From an uncultured delta proteobacterium (GTDB lineage: Bacteria; Desulfobacterota; Syntrophia; Syntrophales; UBA2185): a DNA stretch of 64,000 bases. This document shows, piece by piece, positions 19,839 to 30,715 of this stretch. Where the stretch lies: assembly GCA_963729715.1 (NCBI GenBank), contig CAVSPA010000005.1:320001-384000 (forward strand), given 5' to 3'. The notes beneath the pieces were generated by a model that saw only the letters and a program-made list of their open reading frames with translations, did no database searches and was not told where the DNA came from. The first letter of the stretch is position 1; each line of letters opens with the position of its first letter. A program made the translations under genes and the position numbers.

Positions 19839-21131
19839 CTATACTCTTTCGAGAACTATGGCCATGCCCTGCCCGCCACCTATACACAATGTAGCCAGGC
19901 CGAGATTCAAATTTTTCTTCTTCATCTGCATGGCAAGGGTGTAAGTAATCCTGGCACCCGTACAACCAATGGGATGGCCGATGGAAATACCGCTTCCGTT
20001 GATGTTGCACTTGTCCATATCAATCTTCAGCTCTCTAATACAGGCCAAGGCCTGGACAGCGAAGGCTTCATTGAGTTCAATCAGATCGATATCTTTCATG
20101 GTCAAGCCGAGTTTCTTGAAAACCTTCCGTGTCGCCGGGATGGGACCCAATCCCATGTAAGCCGGATCAACACCACCCGCGGCAAATCCTTTGATCTTGG
20201 CCAGCGGTTTCAGACCGAGCTCTTTCGCCTTTTCCGCACTCATGACAACTACGGCCGCCGCACCGTCGTTAACACCCGACGAGTTCCCGGCTGTTACCGT
20301 CCCTCCGTCCCTCTTGAAAGCAGGTGCCAGTTTCGCCATTTTCTCAATTGAGGTGTCCATGGGGCGTTCGTCAACTTTAAATATAGTGGGATCGCCTTTC
20401 TTCTGAGGGATTACAACAGGGACAATTTCCGCGGCATATGTACCATTGGCTATGGCAGCCCTTGCCCTCTGATGACTCATCAGAGAAATTTCATCCTGCT
20501 CCCGCCTGGTGATCCCGTATTTTGCCGCGATATTTTCCGCGGTAAAACCCATGTGGTAGCTGTTGAATATTTCGTAGAGGCCGTCATATACCATGACATC
20601 CGTAATCTTGCCGAACGGCATACTCATGCGATATCCCCAGCGGGCATCCGGAAGAACGAACGGTGCATTGCTCATATTTTCCATGCCGCCTGCGACGATT
20701 GCATCCGCGTCACCGGAGTTGATTATCTGTGACGCCAGGGTTATGGCCTTCATACCCGAAGCGCATACCTTGTTAATGGTAAATGCATTGGTCTCTTCCG
20801 GCAGGCCCGCATATATGCTTGCCTGTCTTGCCGGATTCTGTCCGAGGGCCGCCTGGAGCACATTTCCCATGATGCATTCGTCAAAATAGACCGGTTTCAA
20901 TGCACGGTCGTAATCATAGTATTTCTTGTTGATATCCGTCATGTCAAATTCGCCGAACACGTCAGGACGGGCGGCTTTAACAGAATCACTGATGACAGGT
21001 CGCAATCCGGCTCTCTTGACAGCCTCTTTGATAACCAGCGAACCCAAGTCAACAGTCCTAACCCCATTGAGGGCGCACCCAAAACTTCCAACAGCAGTTC
21101 TCGCACCACTCACAATCACAACTTCTCTCAT
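19839..21131 (-). CDS. Acetyl-CoA C-acetyltransferase (thiolase)
   Basis: [25 protein letters not shown]; about 35-aa insertion near the N-terminus. Confidence 0.95.
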   Translation of the reverse strand: MREVVIVSGARTAVGSFGCALNGVRTVDLGSLVIKEAVKRAGLRPVISDSVKAARPDVFGEFDMTDINKKYYDYDRALKPVYFDECIMGNVLQAALGQNPARQASIYAGLPEETNAFTINKVCASGMKAITLASQIINSGDADAIVAGGMENMSNAPFVLPDARWGYRMSMPFGKITDVMVYDGLYEIFNSYHMGFTAENIAAKYGITRREQDEISLMSHQRARAAIANGTYAAEIVPVVIPQKKGDPTIFKVDERPMDTSIEKMAKLAPAFKRDGGTVTAGNSSGVNDGAAAVVVMSAEKAKELGLKPLAKIKGFAAGGVDPAYMGLGPIPATRKVFKKLGLTMKDIDLIELNEAFAVQALACIRELKIDMDKCNINGSGISIGHPIGCTGARITYTLAMQMKKKNLNLGLATLCIGGGQGMAIVLERV

Positions 21132-21206
21132 ACTTAAGAACCTCCTTACGTTAAAATATCTTGAATTTTGTTTTCTGCTAAACGGCAGATTATTTCTTGC
21201 TGATAC

Positions 21207-22676
21207 CTATGAAACACTTGGCATGTCAATGGATTCAACAAATTCTATTGCACGCGGCACCTTGTAGGATGATAGATAAGTCCTGCAATGCCGCGTAAGT
21301 TCCCTTTCATTCACCGGTATATCGGGATTCCTTACAATCAGGGCCTTGACAATTTCTCCTCTCATGAGATCGGGTTCCCCGATTACCATCGACGCCTGCA
21401 CAGCAGGATGAAGTTCCAGAACCATCTCGACTTCCCGGGGATAGACATTGAAGCCGCTGGTTATAATCATACGTTTCTTTCGTCCTGTCAAAAAAATATA
21501 GCCATCCTCATCTATCTTGGCAAGATCGCTCGTGTGGAGCCAGCCATTCCTGATGACTTGCGCGGTTGCCTCTTCATTCTTATAGTAACCTTTCATCACA
21601 TTGACGCCTCTGATGACAAGTTCTCCGATCTCACCGCGAGGAACCTCGTTACCCCGGTCATCGACTGCCTTGGCTTCGACACCGGGAATGACGGTTCCGA
21701 TCGATCCCGGCTTGTGCGCCATATCTCGCCTTCCCACAGAACATACAGGGGATGCCTCTGTGAGGCCATAACCTTCTCTCAAGATGACGTTAAATTTCTG
21801 CTCGAACACCGGAATAAATTCAGGTGGCATCGTCGAACCACCGGTAATGCAGAACCCTATTGAACTGACATCGTATTTTTCTGCATCGTTATGCATGATC
21901 ATGCCCAAAAAAAGCCGAGGTACAGCAGCAACGTAGGTGACTTTTTCCTTCTCGATAGTACTGAAAATAGCATCCATGGTGATCCGATCCAAGAGAACGA
22001 TGCTGGCACCAATTCGGATGGCGGCCAACATATTAGCCACAGCACCGAAAGCATGAAAAAGAGGAATAACAGCAAGCCCCCGGTCCTTTTCTGCGGCATT
22101 ATATACACTCCAGAGAAGATCAGATTGGGACAGCAGATTGCCATTGGTAAGTACCGCGCCGAGGGGGCGGCCAGTGAGGCCGGCAGTATAGATCATCACA
22201 GCCGGGTCGTCATCAGCAATATCCGGCATCTCAAGGGTAAAAGGCCCTTTCTCGATCATCTCTCTGAATTGAGAAGCGGTGTCAAGGCCACTGGTAGTAA
22301 TGATATGCTTACAGAGCGGGATATCCTCTCTGATTTCCTCGTACCTTTTCGCCAGCGGCGTTTCAGTGATCAGGCATTTCGTGTCGCTGTTTCCTATGAG
22401 ATGGCGAAGCTCATAGGATGTGGACAAAATATTTACCGTGACAGCAACGGCGCCTAATTTCTGAACAGCGAAATAGGATATCACGAATTCCGGGCAGTTG
22501 GGGAGCATGATGGCGACCTTATCCCCTTCTTGAATACCCCTGCTTCTCAATTCATTTCCCAGGGAGTTCACAGCGCTGTGGAGGGCCTCATAGGTTAAGG
22601 ATTTCCCGTCATAGATAGTGGCAGCATTATTTGGGTAACGATGGGCGCTTTCTTCAAGCATTCTTCCCAGACTCAT
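21207..22676 (-). CDS. AMP-binding acyl-CoA ligase-like protein with atypical motifs
   Basis: EGYGLTEASP, GEIGELVIRG, WLHTSDLA; P-loop altered to YTAGLTGRPLG. Confidence 0.85.
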   Translation of the reverse strand: MSLGRMLEESAHRYPNNAATIYDGKSLTYEALHSAVNSLGNELRSRGIQEGDKVAIMLPNCPEFVISYFAVQKLGAVAVTVNILSTSYELRHLIGNSDTKCLITETPLAKRYEEIREDIPLCKHIITTSGLDTASQFREMIEKGPFTLEMPDIADDDPAVMIYTAGLTGRPLGAVLTNGNLLSQSDLLWSVYNAAEKDRGLAVIPLFHAFGAVANMLAAIRIGASIVLLDRITMDAIFSTIEKEKVTYVAAVPRLFLGMIMHNDAEKYDVSSIGFCITGGSTMPPEFIPVFEQKFNVILREGYGLTEASPVCSVGRRDMAHKPGSIGTVIPGVEAKAVDDRGNEVPRGEIGELVIRGVNVMKGYYKNEEATAQVIRNGWLHTSDLAKIDEDGYIFLTGRKKRMIITSGFNVYPREVEMVLELHPAVQASMVIGEPDLMRGEIVKALIVRNPDIPVNERELTRHCRTYLSSYKVPRAIEFVESIDMPSVS

Positions 22677-22838
22677 AGCAATCAATACCTCGCGGCGATT
22701 TTGACCTACTTAACACATATCGGTGCTTTTTTTCAAGCAGAACTATAGTTATGGAGACTCATTTCTCCTTGATGGGACGATATTTTTCACCTATAATGTA
22801 ACCTGCAAATAGTCATGTTGAAAGATTGGGAGGGAAGC

Positions 22839-23366
22839 GTGAAGAATATTGTAATCGGTGTTCTCTTGGCACTGTTGTGGAATACATCTGCAATCGCTGC
22901 GGAACTGAGGACAGGGGATCGAGCCACTGATTTCAGTCTGAAAGACTCACTCGGCAAGGAATACACTCTAAATTCATCGGAATTGAAGGGCAGGGTTTTG
23001 TACTTCAATTACTCAGACCCCGGCTCAAAAGATATGAATAAACATGTCGATGATGCCCTCAAAGGCGATCCGGGGTTGGACCGGAGAAAGAGCTATATCG
23101 GATTGGGCATTGCCAATATGAAAGCGAGCCTACTGCCCGATTTTGCAATTGCACGGGTAATAAAAAACAAGCAGCAGGAGACGGGCGCTACTATCCTTCT
23201 CGATGATAACTACATCATACTGAATAGCTGGGGATTGAAAAATAAGGTATCCAATGTTGTCGTGCTGGATAAGGAGAGGATCTGCCGATATATCTATAAA
23301 GGGAAACTCCCTACGGCTGAGGTTGAAAGGCTGATTAGCATAATTAAAGAGTATCAGGTGAAATAG
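22839..23366 (+). CDS. YtfJ-like exported thioredoxin-fold protein
   Basis: Signal-peptide-like N-terminus, DFSLKDS.GK, NSWGL, VVVLDK. Confidence 0.65.
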   Translation: MKNIVIGVLLALLWNTSAIAAELRTGDRATDFSLKDSLGKEYTLNSSELKGRVLYFNYSDPGSKDMNKHVDDALKGDPGLDRRKSYIGLGIANMKASLLPDFAIARVIKNKQQETGATILLDDNYIILNSWGLKNKVSNVVVLDKERICRYIYKGKLPTAEVERLISIIKEYQVK

Positions 23367-23416
23367 ACGCACTGTCTGCTTTCGGTGTTCATTGTTGTTT
23401 AAAGGATTATTAAACG

Positions 23417-24277
23417 ATGGCTGTGATTATTGACGGCAAGAAGATTGCCCAAGAAATCATCGATGACGTGAAGGCGGAAGTCCTGCGCATGAAAGAAAGA
23501 GTTGGAATAATTCCCGGACTCGCTGTCCTTCTCGTCGGTAATGATCCAGCATCCAAAATCTACATCAGACACAAGGAGAACGCCTGCAAGGCGGCAGCAT
23601 TTTTTTCGCAGGAATTCAAGCTTTCACAAGACACGAGTGAGAAGGAGATCATTGCAATCATCCGTGGACTTAACCATGATAAGAAAATCCATGGCATCTT
23701 AGTGCAGCTACCCCTTCCGAAGCATATCAACCCGACGGCCGTTATCGAAGCAATTGATCCCAGGAAAGACGTCGACGGATTTCATCCGTATAATTTAGGG
23801 CGGCTCTTTACTGGCAATCCGTATCACATGGCATGCACACCTAAAGGCATACTGGAACTTATGGATCGGAGTTCGATTGCCATAGAAGGGAAGAGAGCCG
23901 TCATCGTCGGTCGAAGCAATATCGTGGGAAAACCGGTTGCACTCATGCTTCTCAACAGACATGCTACTGTTACTGTTTGTCACACGAAAACAAAACAGTT
24001 GGCGTTAGTCACAAGGCAAGCAGAGATCCTCATTGCCGCTGCCGGACGGCCGGAAATGATCAGGGCCGATATGGTCGGCGACGGCGCCGTGATAATAGAC
24101 GTAGGTATAAACAGAAGGGATGACGGCCGTTTGGTGGGAGATGTGGCATTCTCTGAGGTACTTGAGAAAGCATCCTTCATCACGCCTGTACCCGGCGGCG
24201 TAGGACCCATGACGATTGCCATGCTGCTCGTCAATACCCTCAATGCCGCCCCCGGCCGGATGCCAAGGTCAAAATAA
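23417..24277 (+). CDS. folD: Methylenetetrahydrofolate dehydrogenase/cyclohydrolase
   Basis: GILVQLPLP, KDVDGFHP, GRSNIVGKP, TPVPGGVGPMT. Confidence 0.97.
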   Translation: MAVIIDGKKIAQEIIDDVKAEVLRMKERVGIIPGLAVLLVGNDPASKIYIRHKENACKAAAFFSQEFKLSQDTSEKEIIAIIRGLNHDKKIHGILVQLPLPKHINPTAVIEAIDPRKDVDGFHPYNLGRLFTGNPYHMACTPKGILELMDRSSIAIEGKRAVIVGRSNIVGKPVALMLLNRHATVTVCHTKTKQLALVTRQAEILIAAAGRPEMIRADMVGDGAVIIDVGINRRDDGRLVGDVAFSEVLEKASFITPVPGGVGPMTIAMLLVNTLNAAPGRMPRSK

Positions 24278-24309
24278 AAACCCCCTCTCATTCTCAGGGA
24301 GGGGGTTTT
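24277..24309. terminator. Bidirectional terminator between folD and mdh
   Basis: aaaaccccctct..ggagggggtttt. Confidence 0.85.
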
Positions 24310-24333
24310 AACAGCGCGTAAGCTCGTACTCAA

Positions 24334-25314
<981 letters not shown>

Positions 25315-25353
25315 TCAAAATATTAGCCGGTTTTTGACCGGTGAAAGTTATCT

Positions 25354-26181
25354 TCACACCGTGTGAGGAGGAGCCTCAATTTTCGCTTTGTACGTAGCCT
25401 TATCGGGTTGCTTGTGAAGATGCGCACATTTATGCTTCGCCAAACCGAAGTAGCTGAGAACCAGATCCTTTTTCATAAGTTGTATAGCCCGTGCCGGGTC
25501 AACGCCCTTGGGGCATACATTGGAACATTCTCCGGCATAGTGACAGCTGAAAATCCCGTGGCTTGCAGCAACAAGATCCCCGCGGGCAGCGCGCGCATCG
25601 TCACGGGAATCGGCATTGTAGCGGTATGCCTGGGCTAATGGCGCCGGTCCCGGATACTCCCTGTCAGTAGCCATAGTCGGACATGCTGCCATGCAGCAAC
25701 CACACTTGATGCAGTATGTAAACTGGAGGAATTCCTCCAGCTGGTGTGGCGTCTGGTAATATTCATAAGTCGGCTTTTCCATTTCTTCCACATCGTTTCT
25801 CCGGATATGCAGTTGCAGTCCCTTGAGAACGCCAAACATGGGAACGAGATCAGCCACGAGGTCCTTGATAAGTTTAAAGTTGGGTAACGGCGCCAGCGTC
25901 AGCGCGGTCGTCGTCACATCAAGAATCTGTGTGTTACAGGACAGTGCTGGCACCCCATTAATCATCATTCCACAGGAGCCACAAACACCCATGCGGCAGG
26001 AAAAGCGGAAATTAATGGTGGGGTCCTGTGTCTGTTTGATCATGTGCAGCCCGTCGAGGACCGTCATCCCCTTTTCCACTTGAAGTGTATATTGCTGCTG
26101 CCGGGGAGCTGCATCCTTCTCCGGATCAAAGCGACGAATATACACCGCAATGCTATTTACTTTCTCAGTTTCTTTTTCCAT
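25354..26181 (-). CDS. sdhB: Succinate dehydrogenase/fumarate reductase FeS subunit
   Basis: SCRMGVCGSC, CIKCGCCMAACP, CHYAGECSNVCP. Confidence 0.95.
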   Translation of the reverse strand: MEKETEKVNSIAVYIRRFDPEKDAAPRQQQYTLQVEKGMTVLDGLHMIKQTQDPTINFRFSCRMGVCGSCGMMINGVPALSCNTQILDVTTTALTLAPLPNFKLIKDLVADLVPMFGVLKGLQLHIRRNDVEEMEKPTYEYYQTPHQLEEFLQFTYCIKCGCCMAACPTMATDREYPGPAPLAQAYRYNADSRDDARAARGDLVAASHGIFSCHYAGECSNVCPKGVDPARAIQLMKKDLVLSYFGLAKHKCAHLHKQPDKATYKAKIEAPPHTV

Positions 26182-26194
26182 TTTCTCACCCTTC

Positions 26195-26566
26195 CTATAG
26201 CGCTGTTTCCAAGGCTTTTGCCGCTATGGCTGCATACGTGCCAATACCGAAGAGAACCAGCCCGACTATCCACAATACAACAGTGAATCCGTCCTGAAAA
26301 GATTTCTTGGGCCCGAGTTCAAACACAATCGTCCTCAACCCATAAAACCCATGGTATAATACTGCGCCCAAAAGGATTATATAGGTAAATGCAAGGAACT
26401 GATTCTGGCTTCGGAAGGCGACGTTTCCCCAGTCTGTGACGGCACCACCTTCTGGATTAAAGACTCCAAACATGGGCAGATGCATAACCACCATATGCAA
26501 TCCTGCAATGACGAGAATTACGAGTGCTGCAATGATAAACCAAGTCCAGTATGCGGTTTCCCTCAT
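26195..26566 (-). CDS. sdhD: Succinate dehydrogenase membrane anchor subunit
   Basis: Three hydrophobic helices, His ligands (GLH, YHGFYGLR); operon context. Confidence 0.82.
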   Translation of the reverse strand: MRETAYWTWFIIAALVILVIAGLHMVVMHLPMFGVFNPEGGAVTDWGNVAFRSQNQFLAFTYIILLGAVLYHGFYGLRTIVFELGPKKSFQDGFTVVLWIVGLVLFGIGTYAAIAAKALETAL

Positions 26567-26579
26567 GAGACTACCTCCC

Positions 26580-27017
26580 TCAATGACTTCCAAAGATAGT
26601 ATTGTACCCTCCGGCAATGATGATAATGGCTACAAGAACCATTGCTACCACCATCAAGGGTCTTTGATTGTTAAGAGACGACTTGTAAGGATATACCGGC
26701 TCCTCGGCTTTACCCACGGCCAAGCCGAGCTCAATTAAAATAAGGCGGATGCCATTCAGTGCATGGAACGCAAAAAGCACAAAAACACAGAATTCGCCAA
26801 GCTTCAAAACCGGATTTTTCAAGATCTTCATGGCTGCCGCCCAACTTTCGGGGCCGCAGATCCTGACAGAGCTTGCAAATATATGCATCATGAAGAAGAG
26901 AAGAAGACCAAGCCCTGTGAGACGCTGCAAAATATAGAGATATCTTTCCACTCCCCAGCGGCCGCCGCCGAGCCATCCAACTATTCCCAAATGGTTATCG
27001 AATTGTTTGTTTGCCAT
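26580..27017 (-). CDS. sdhC: Succinate dehydrogenase cytochrome b subunit
   Basis: QRLTG, MHIF, FHALNGIR; operon context. Confidence 0.85.
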   Translation of the reverse strand: MANKQFDNHLGIVGWLGGGRWGVERYLYILQRLTGLGLLLFFMMHIFASSVRICGPESWAAAMKILKNPVLKLGEFCVFVLFAFHALNGIRLILIELGLAVGKAEEPVYPYKSSLNNQRPLMVVAMVLVAIIIIAGGYNTIFGSH

Positions 27018-27028
27018 CTTTCTTCCCC

Positions 27029-28759
27029 CTAATATTTACGCTCAACCGGTTTCCACTTGGTGATTGTTACCGGCTTATAAGAAAGTTTCGGTCCCTGCTC
27101 CGTGTACGTGACTAACGTGTGCTTGAGCCACTTATCATCGTCGCGATTCGGGAAATCATAACGGGCATGTCCACCCCGCGATTCTTCCCTGGTCAGTGCT
27201 GCTAAAACGAGGATTTCAGCGAGATCGAGGAGATTTTGGACTTCCATTGAATTCATCAGGTTCGTATTATAGACGGTCCCTTTATCCGCAATGGAGATAT
27301 TCTTATAACGTTCTTTTAGTTCCCTTACCTTTTTCAAACCGGCACTCATCTCAGCTCCCGTCCGGTAAACACCTACATAAAGGTCCATCGTCTCCCGCAG
27401 TTCTTTTTTAATATCGTACAGGTTTTCCGTGCCTTTTTTCTGGAGGATATCTTCATAGATACGCTTCTGCTCTGCGCCGACCTGTTCATTAGGCACATCG
27501 AGCAGTGGCGGATTGCTCTTTACATATTTAACAATTTCTCCTCCCGTAATTCCTCCCCATACGACGCATTCTGCAGTGGAATTGCATCCGAGACGATTGG
27601 CGCCGTGCATAGAATGGCAGGCCACTTCGCCAGCTGCCCATATCCCCTTCATTTTGGTGGCACCATTAATGTCCGCTTCAACTCCGCCCATGCTGTAGTG
27701 GGCGACAGGTCGCACGGGAATTGGTTCAAGGATCGGATCGATACCGCGATACTTCATACAGACTTCACGGATCAAGGGTAGCGCCTGATTGATTTTCTGG
27801 GCTCCCAAATGAGTAAGGTCAAGCTGGATATAGTCCAACCCCCCAGGCCCTTTAAATCCTCGACCTTCTTTAATCTCCGTAATCATGGATCGTGAAACAA
27901 TGTCACGTGGCGCCAGTTCCATGAATTTCGAAGCATACTTTTCCATGAGACGTTTGCCTTCGTTGTTCCTCAGGTATCCGCCTTCACCCCGGCACGCCTC
28001 CGTCATGAGAATGCCGCTGGGAATAAGTCCTGTGGGATGAAACTGGAGGAATTCCGGGTCCTCAATGTTTATCCCCGCGCGATACGCTATTGCATGACCA
28101 TCGCCGCTCACGGTCTGTGAATAGGTGGTAAAACCATAAAGGGTTCCCAGACCACCAGTGGCTATGAGCATCGCTTTTCCCCTTATTACCATAAATCGGC
28201 CGGTTGCCATATCAATCCCTGTAATGCCGGCAAAAACGCCGTCTTTATGGAGGATCGAGGTGGCAAAGAATTCATCGTAGCGTGCAAAATTACTGTACTG
28301 CATCAGAGTGTCATACAGAGTCTGTACCTCAAAGGCACCTGTTTTGTCCGCTCCCATCGTAGCTCTCGGAAAAGTGTGTCCTCCGAACGGACGCTGCATG
28401 ATCTTGCCGTCAGGTCGTCTTGACCATGGCATCCCCCAGTGATCAAGCAGCAGTATCTCTTTAGGACTGGTTTCCACAAAGCGATCAACTACGTCCTGAT
28501 CAGCAAGGAAGTCAGAGCCTTTGACGGTGTCCCACGCATGAAGCTCCAGGTTGTCTCCATCTTCCTCTCGCATCACAGCTGCAGTGCCTCCTTCAGCACA
28601 TACTGAATGGGGACGCTGTATCTGCACCTTCGATACAAGAGCCACATTAATCGAGTCTTTTGATTTTCGGGCGATCTCTACTGCCGCTCGAAGCCCAGCC
28701 AATCCCGTTCCAAAAATCAAGACATCGTGTGTAACTATTTCCACTTCATTTGTCTTCAT
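27029..28759 (-). CDS. sdhA: Succinate dehydrogenase/fumarate reductase flavoprotein
   Basis: HSVCAEGG covalent-FAD His, QFHPT, HYSMGG, HGANRLG, ESRGGHAR. Confidence 0.96.
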   Translation of the reverse strand: MKTNEVEIVTHDVLIFGTGLAGLRAAVEIARKSKDSINVALVSKVQIQRPHSVCAEGGTAAVMREEDGDNLELHAWDTVKGSDFLADQDVVDRFVETSPKEILLLDHWGMPWSRRPDGKIMQRPFGGHTFPRATMGADKTGAFEVQTLYDTLMQYSNFARYDEFFATSILHKDGVFAGITGIDMATGRFMVIRGKAMLIATGGLGTLYGFTTYSQTVSGDGHAIAYRAGINIEDPEFLQFHPTGLIPSGILMTEACRGEGGYLRNNEGKRLMEKYASKFMELAPRDIVSRSMITEIKEGRGFKGPGGLDYIQLDLTHLGAQKINQALPLIREVCMKYRGIDPILEPIPVRPVAHYSMGGVEADINGATKMKGIWAAGEVACHSMHGANRLGCNSTAECVVWGGITGGEIVKYVKSNPPLLDVPNEQVGAEQKRIYEDILQKKGTENLYDIKKELRETMDLYVGVYRTGAEMSAGLKKVRELKERYKNISIADKGTVYNTNLMNSMEVQNLLDLAEILVLAALTREESRGGHARYDFPNRDDDKWLKHTLVTYTEQGPKLSYKPVTITKWKPVERKY

Positions 28760-28815
28760 ATTTCTACCATCCAATTGTCTAAGTTGTGAAAATAAATTGA
28801 GGGTGTCTCTCTGGA

Positions 28816-29364
28816 TCACCCCTTCTTATATTTCTTGACATTCTCGATATAAAGGTCATTCCCCTTTGTGTCATTAATGACAATAACAGGGAAATCCACT
28901 ACCTCAAGTTTACGGATGGCTTCAGGCCCCAGATCATCAAAGGCAATGACTTCCGCTTTCTTGACTGCCTGGGCCATAAGGGCTCCTGCCCCTCCCGTCG
29001 CCCCCAGATAGACACAACCATATTTTTTCATTGCCTCTTTGACTTCCACAGCTCTTGGACCCTTTCCGATCATGCCCCTTAATCCCTTCTCGATGAGCCT
29101 GGGAGCATAGGCGTCCATGCGGTAGCTCGTCGTCGGTCCGGCTGCCCCGATGGGACGCCCGGGAGGTGACGGTGTTGGTCCCACGTAAAATATAACTGAT
29201 CCATTAACATCAAAGGGGAGAGGCTTATTACTGTCTAACAGGTCAACGAGCCTCTTATGGGCTGCGTCCCGACCCGTATAGATCGTTCCTGTAATAAGAA
29301 CCTTGTCTCCTGCTTCAAGGGCGTCTACGTCTTCTCTTTTAAGAGGCGGCTTAAGTATCTTCAA
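28816..29364 (-). CDS. Class I fumarate hydratase, beta subunit
   Basis: GRDAAHKR, GPTTSYRMD, GMIGKG. Confidence 0.93.
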   Translation of the reverse strand: MKILKPPLKREDVDALEAGDKVLITGTIYTGRDAAHKRLVDLLDSNKPLPFDVNGSVIFYVGPTPSPPGRPIGAAGPTTSYRMDAYAPRLIEKGLRGMIGKGPRAVEVKEAMKKYGCVYLGATGGAGALMAQAVKKAEVIAFDDLGPEAIRKLEVVDFPVIVINDTKGNDLYIENVKKYKKG

Positions 29365-29379
29365 TGTTCTCTCCCTCCT

Positions 29380-30219
29380 TTAAAAGTCGATCTCTGCATG
29401 CCGACTTGAATGGCAGTTAATGTTCACCGCGAGGGGAAGACTCGCAATGTGACAGGGTTCCATGATTACGTGGACATCGAGGGCCGTTATTCTTCCTCCC
29501 AAGCCTCCCGGACCAATTCCCAAATCATTGATCTTTTTGAGCATGCTTTCTTCCATTTCTGCCAGCTCTGGCTCCGGATTCCTTTTCCCGATTGGTTCAA
29601 GAAGAGCCTTCTTAGCGATGAGTGCTGCCCGTTCGAAGGTTCCCCCGACGCCGACACCGACAATGATGGGCGGGCATGGATTGGCCTGAGCCTCCCACAC
29701 CCGCTGCACGACAAAATCCTCAATCCCCTTCCTGCCATCTGAGGGCCTGAGCATAGTTACTCTGCTCATATTTTCACTTCCGCCCCCCTTGGCACAGAAA
29801 ACAATTTTTAACTTATCTCCTTTAACGATATCACAATGGATAATCGCGGGAGTATTATCTCCCGTGTTCTTCCGGGTTAAGGGATTACAGGCAGATTTCC
29901 GGAGATACGCATCTCCATAAGCTTCTCTTGTGGCCTCGTTCAAGGCATCAAAGAGAAGCCCTCCTTTAATCTTTACTTCGTCACCGATTTCAACGAAGAA
30001 GACAGCCAGTCCTGTGTCCTGGCAAAGGGGAATCTTTTTCTCCTGGGCGATTTCAGCGTTTTCGAGAAGCTGATTCAGAATCTCTTTCCCCAGAGGGGAT
30101 TCTTCTTCTGCCAAGGCGCGCCTGAAACTAGCCATGAGGTCATCTCCGGCAATGAAGGCCGCATCCATAATGGCCGCTTTCACCTTCTTCTTAACTGTGT
30201 TAAAAGGAATGGAACGCAT
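29380..30219 (-). CDS. Class I fumarate hydratase, alpha subunit
   Basis: PLCQDTG, KGGGSEN, NPCPP, CHIASLP, NCHSSRH. Confidence 0.93.
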   Translation of the reverse strand: MRSIPFNTVKKKVKAAIMDAAFIAGDDLMASFRRALAEEESPLGKEILNQLLENAEIAQEKKIPLCQDTGLAVFFVEIGDEVKIKGGLLFDALNEATREAYGDAYLRKSACNPLTRKNTGDNTPAIIHCDIVKGDKLKIVFCAKGGGSENMSRVTMLRPSDGRKGIEDFVVQRVWEAQANPCPPIIVGVGVGGTFERAALIAKKALLEPIGKRNPEPELAEMEESMLKKINDLGIGPGGLGGRITALDVHVIMEPCHIASLPLAVNINCHSSRHAEIDF

Positions 30220-30236
30220 TTGTACTCCCTCCCATT

Positions 30237-30473
30237 TTATCCGATATCTACCAGTACTTGTCCAACCGCTACGGAGTCGCCAGATTTTACATGAATACTC
30301 TTCACCTCCCCGTCAACCGGAGAGGGGAGAGGATTCTGCATTTTCATGGCTTCCAAGGTCACGACCTCCTGTCCTGCCTTCACCTTGTCACCTACCTTGC
30401 AGGTGACTTCAACTATAATACCAGGCATGGGCGCTGTTACTGAGCCGGCACCTGCTTTTGCTGTGGAATTCAT
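30237..30473 (-). CDS. Stand-alone biotin carboxyl carrier protein
   Basis: EAMKM biotinylation motif; SD AGGAGG. Confidence 0.9.
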   Translation of the reverse strand: MNSTAKAGAGSVTAPMPGIIVEVTCKVGDKVKAGQEVVTLEAMKMQNPLPSPVDGEVKSIHVKSGDSVAVGQVLVDIG

Positions 30474-30715
30474 TTACACTACCTCCTACTTTATCCGATA
30501 TTAACAAGAACCTGTCCAACTGCTACGGAGTCACCAGACTTTACATGAATACTCTTCACCTCCCCGTCAACCGGAGCAGCAAGAGGATTCTGCATTTTCA
30601 TGGCCTCCAGGATCACGACCTGCTGTCCTGCCTTCACCTTGTCACCTACCTTGCATGTAACGTCAACAATAAGACCGGGCATGGGCGCTGTTACTGATCC
30701 GGCGCCTGCTTTTGC
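30237..30715. repeat. Tandem direct duplication of the biotinyl domain (30237-30461 and 30491-30715)
   Basis: Near-identical DNA; 7 differences over 74 aa. Confidence 0.9.
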
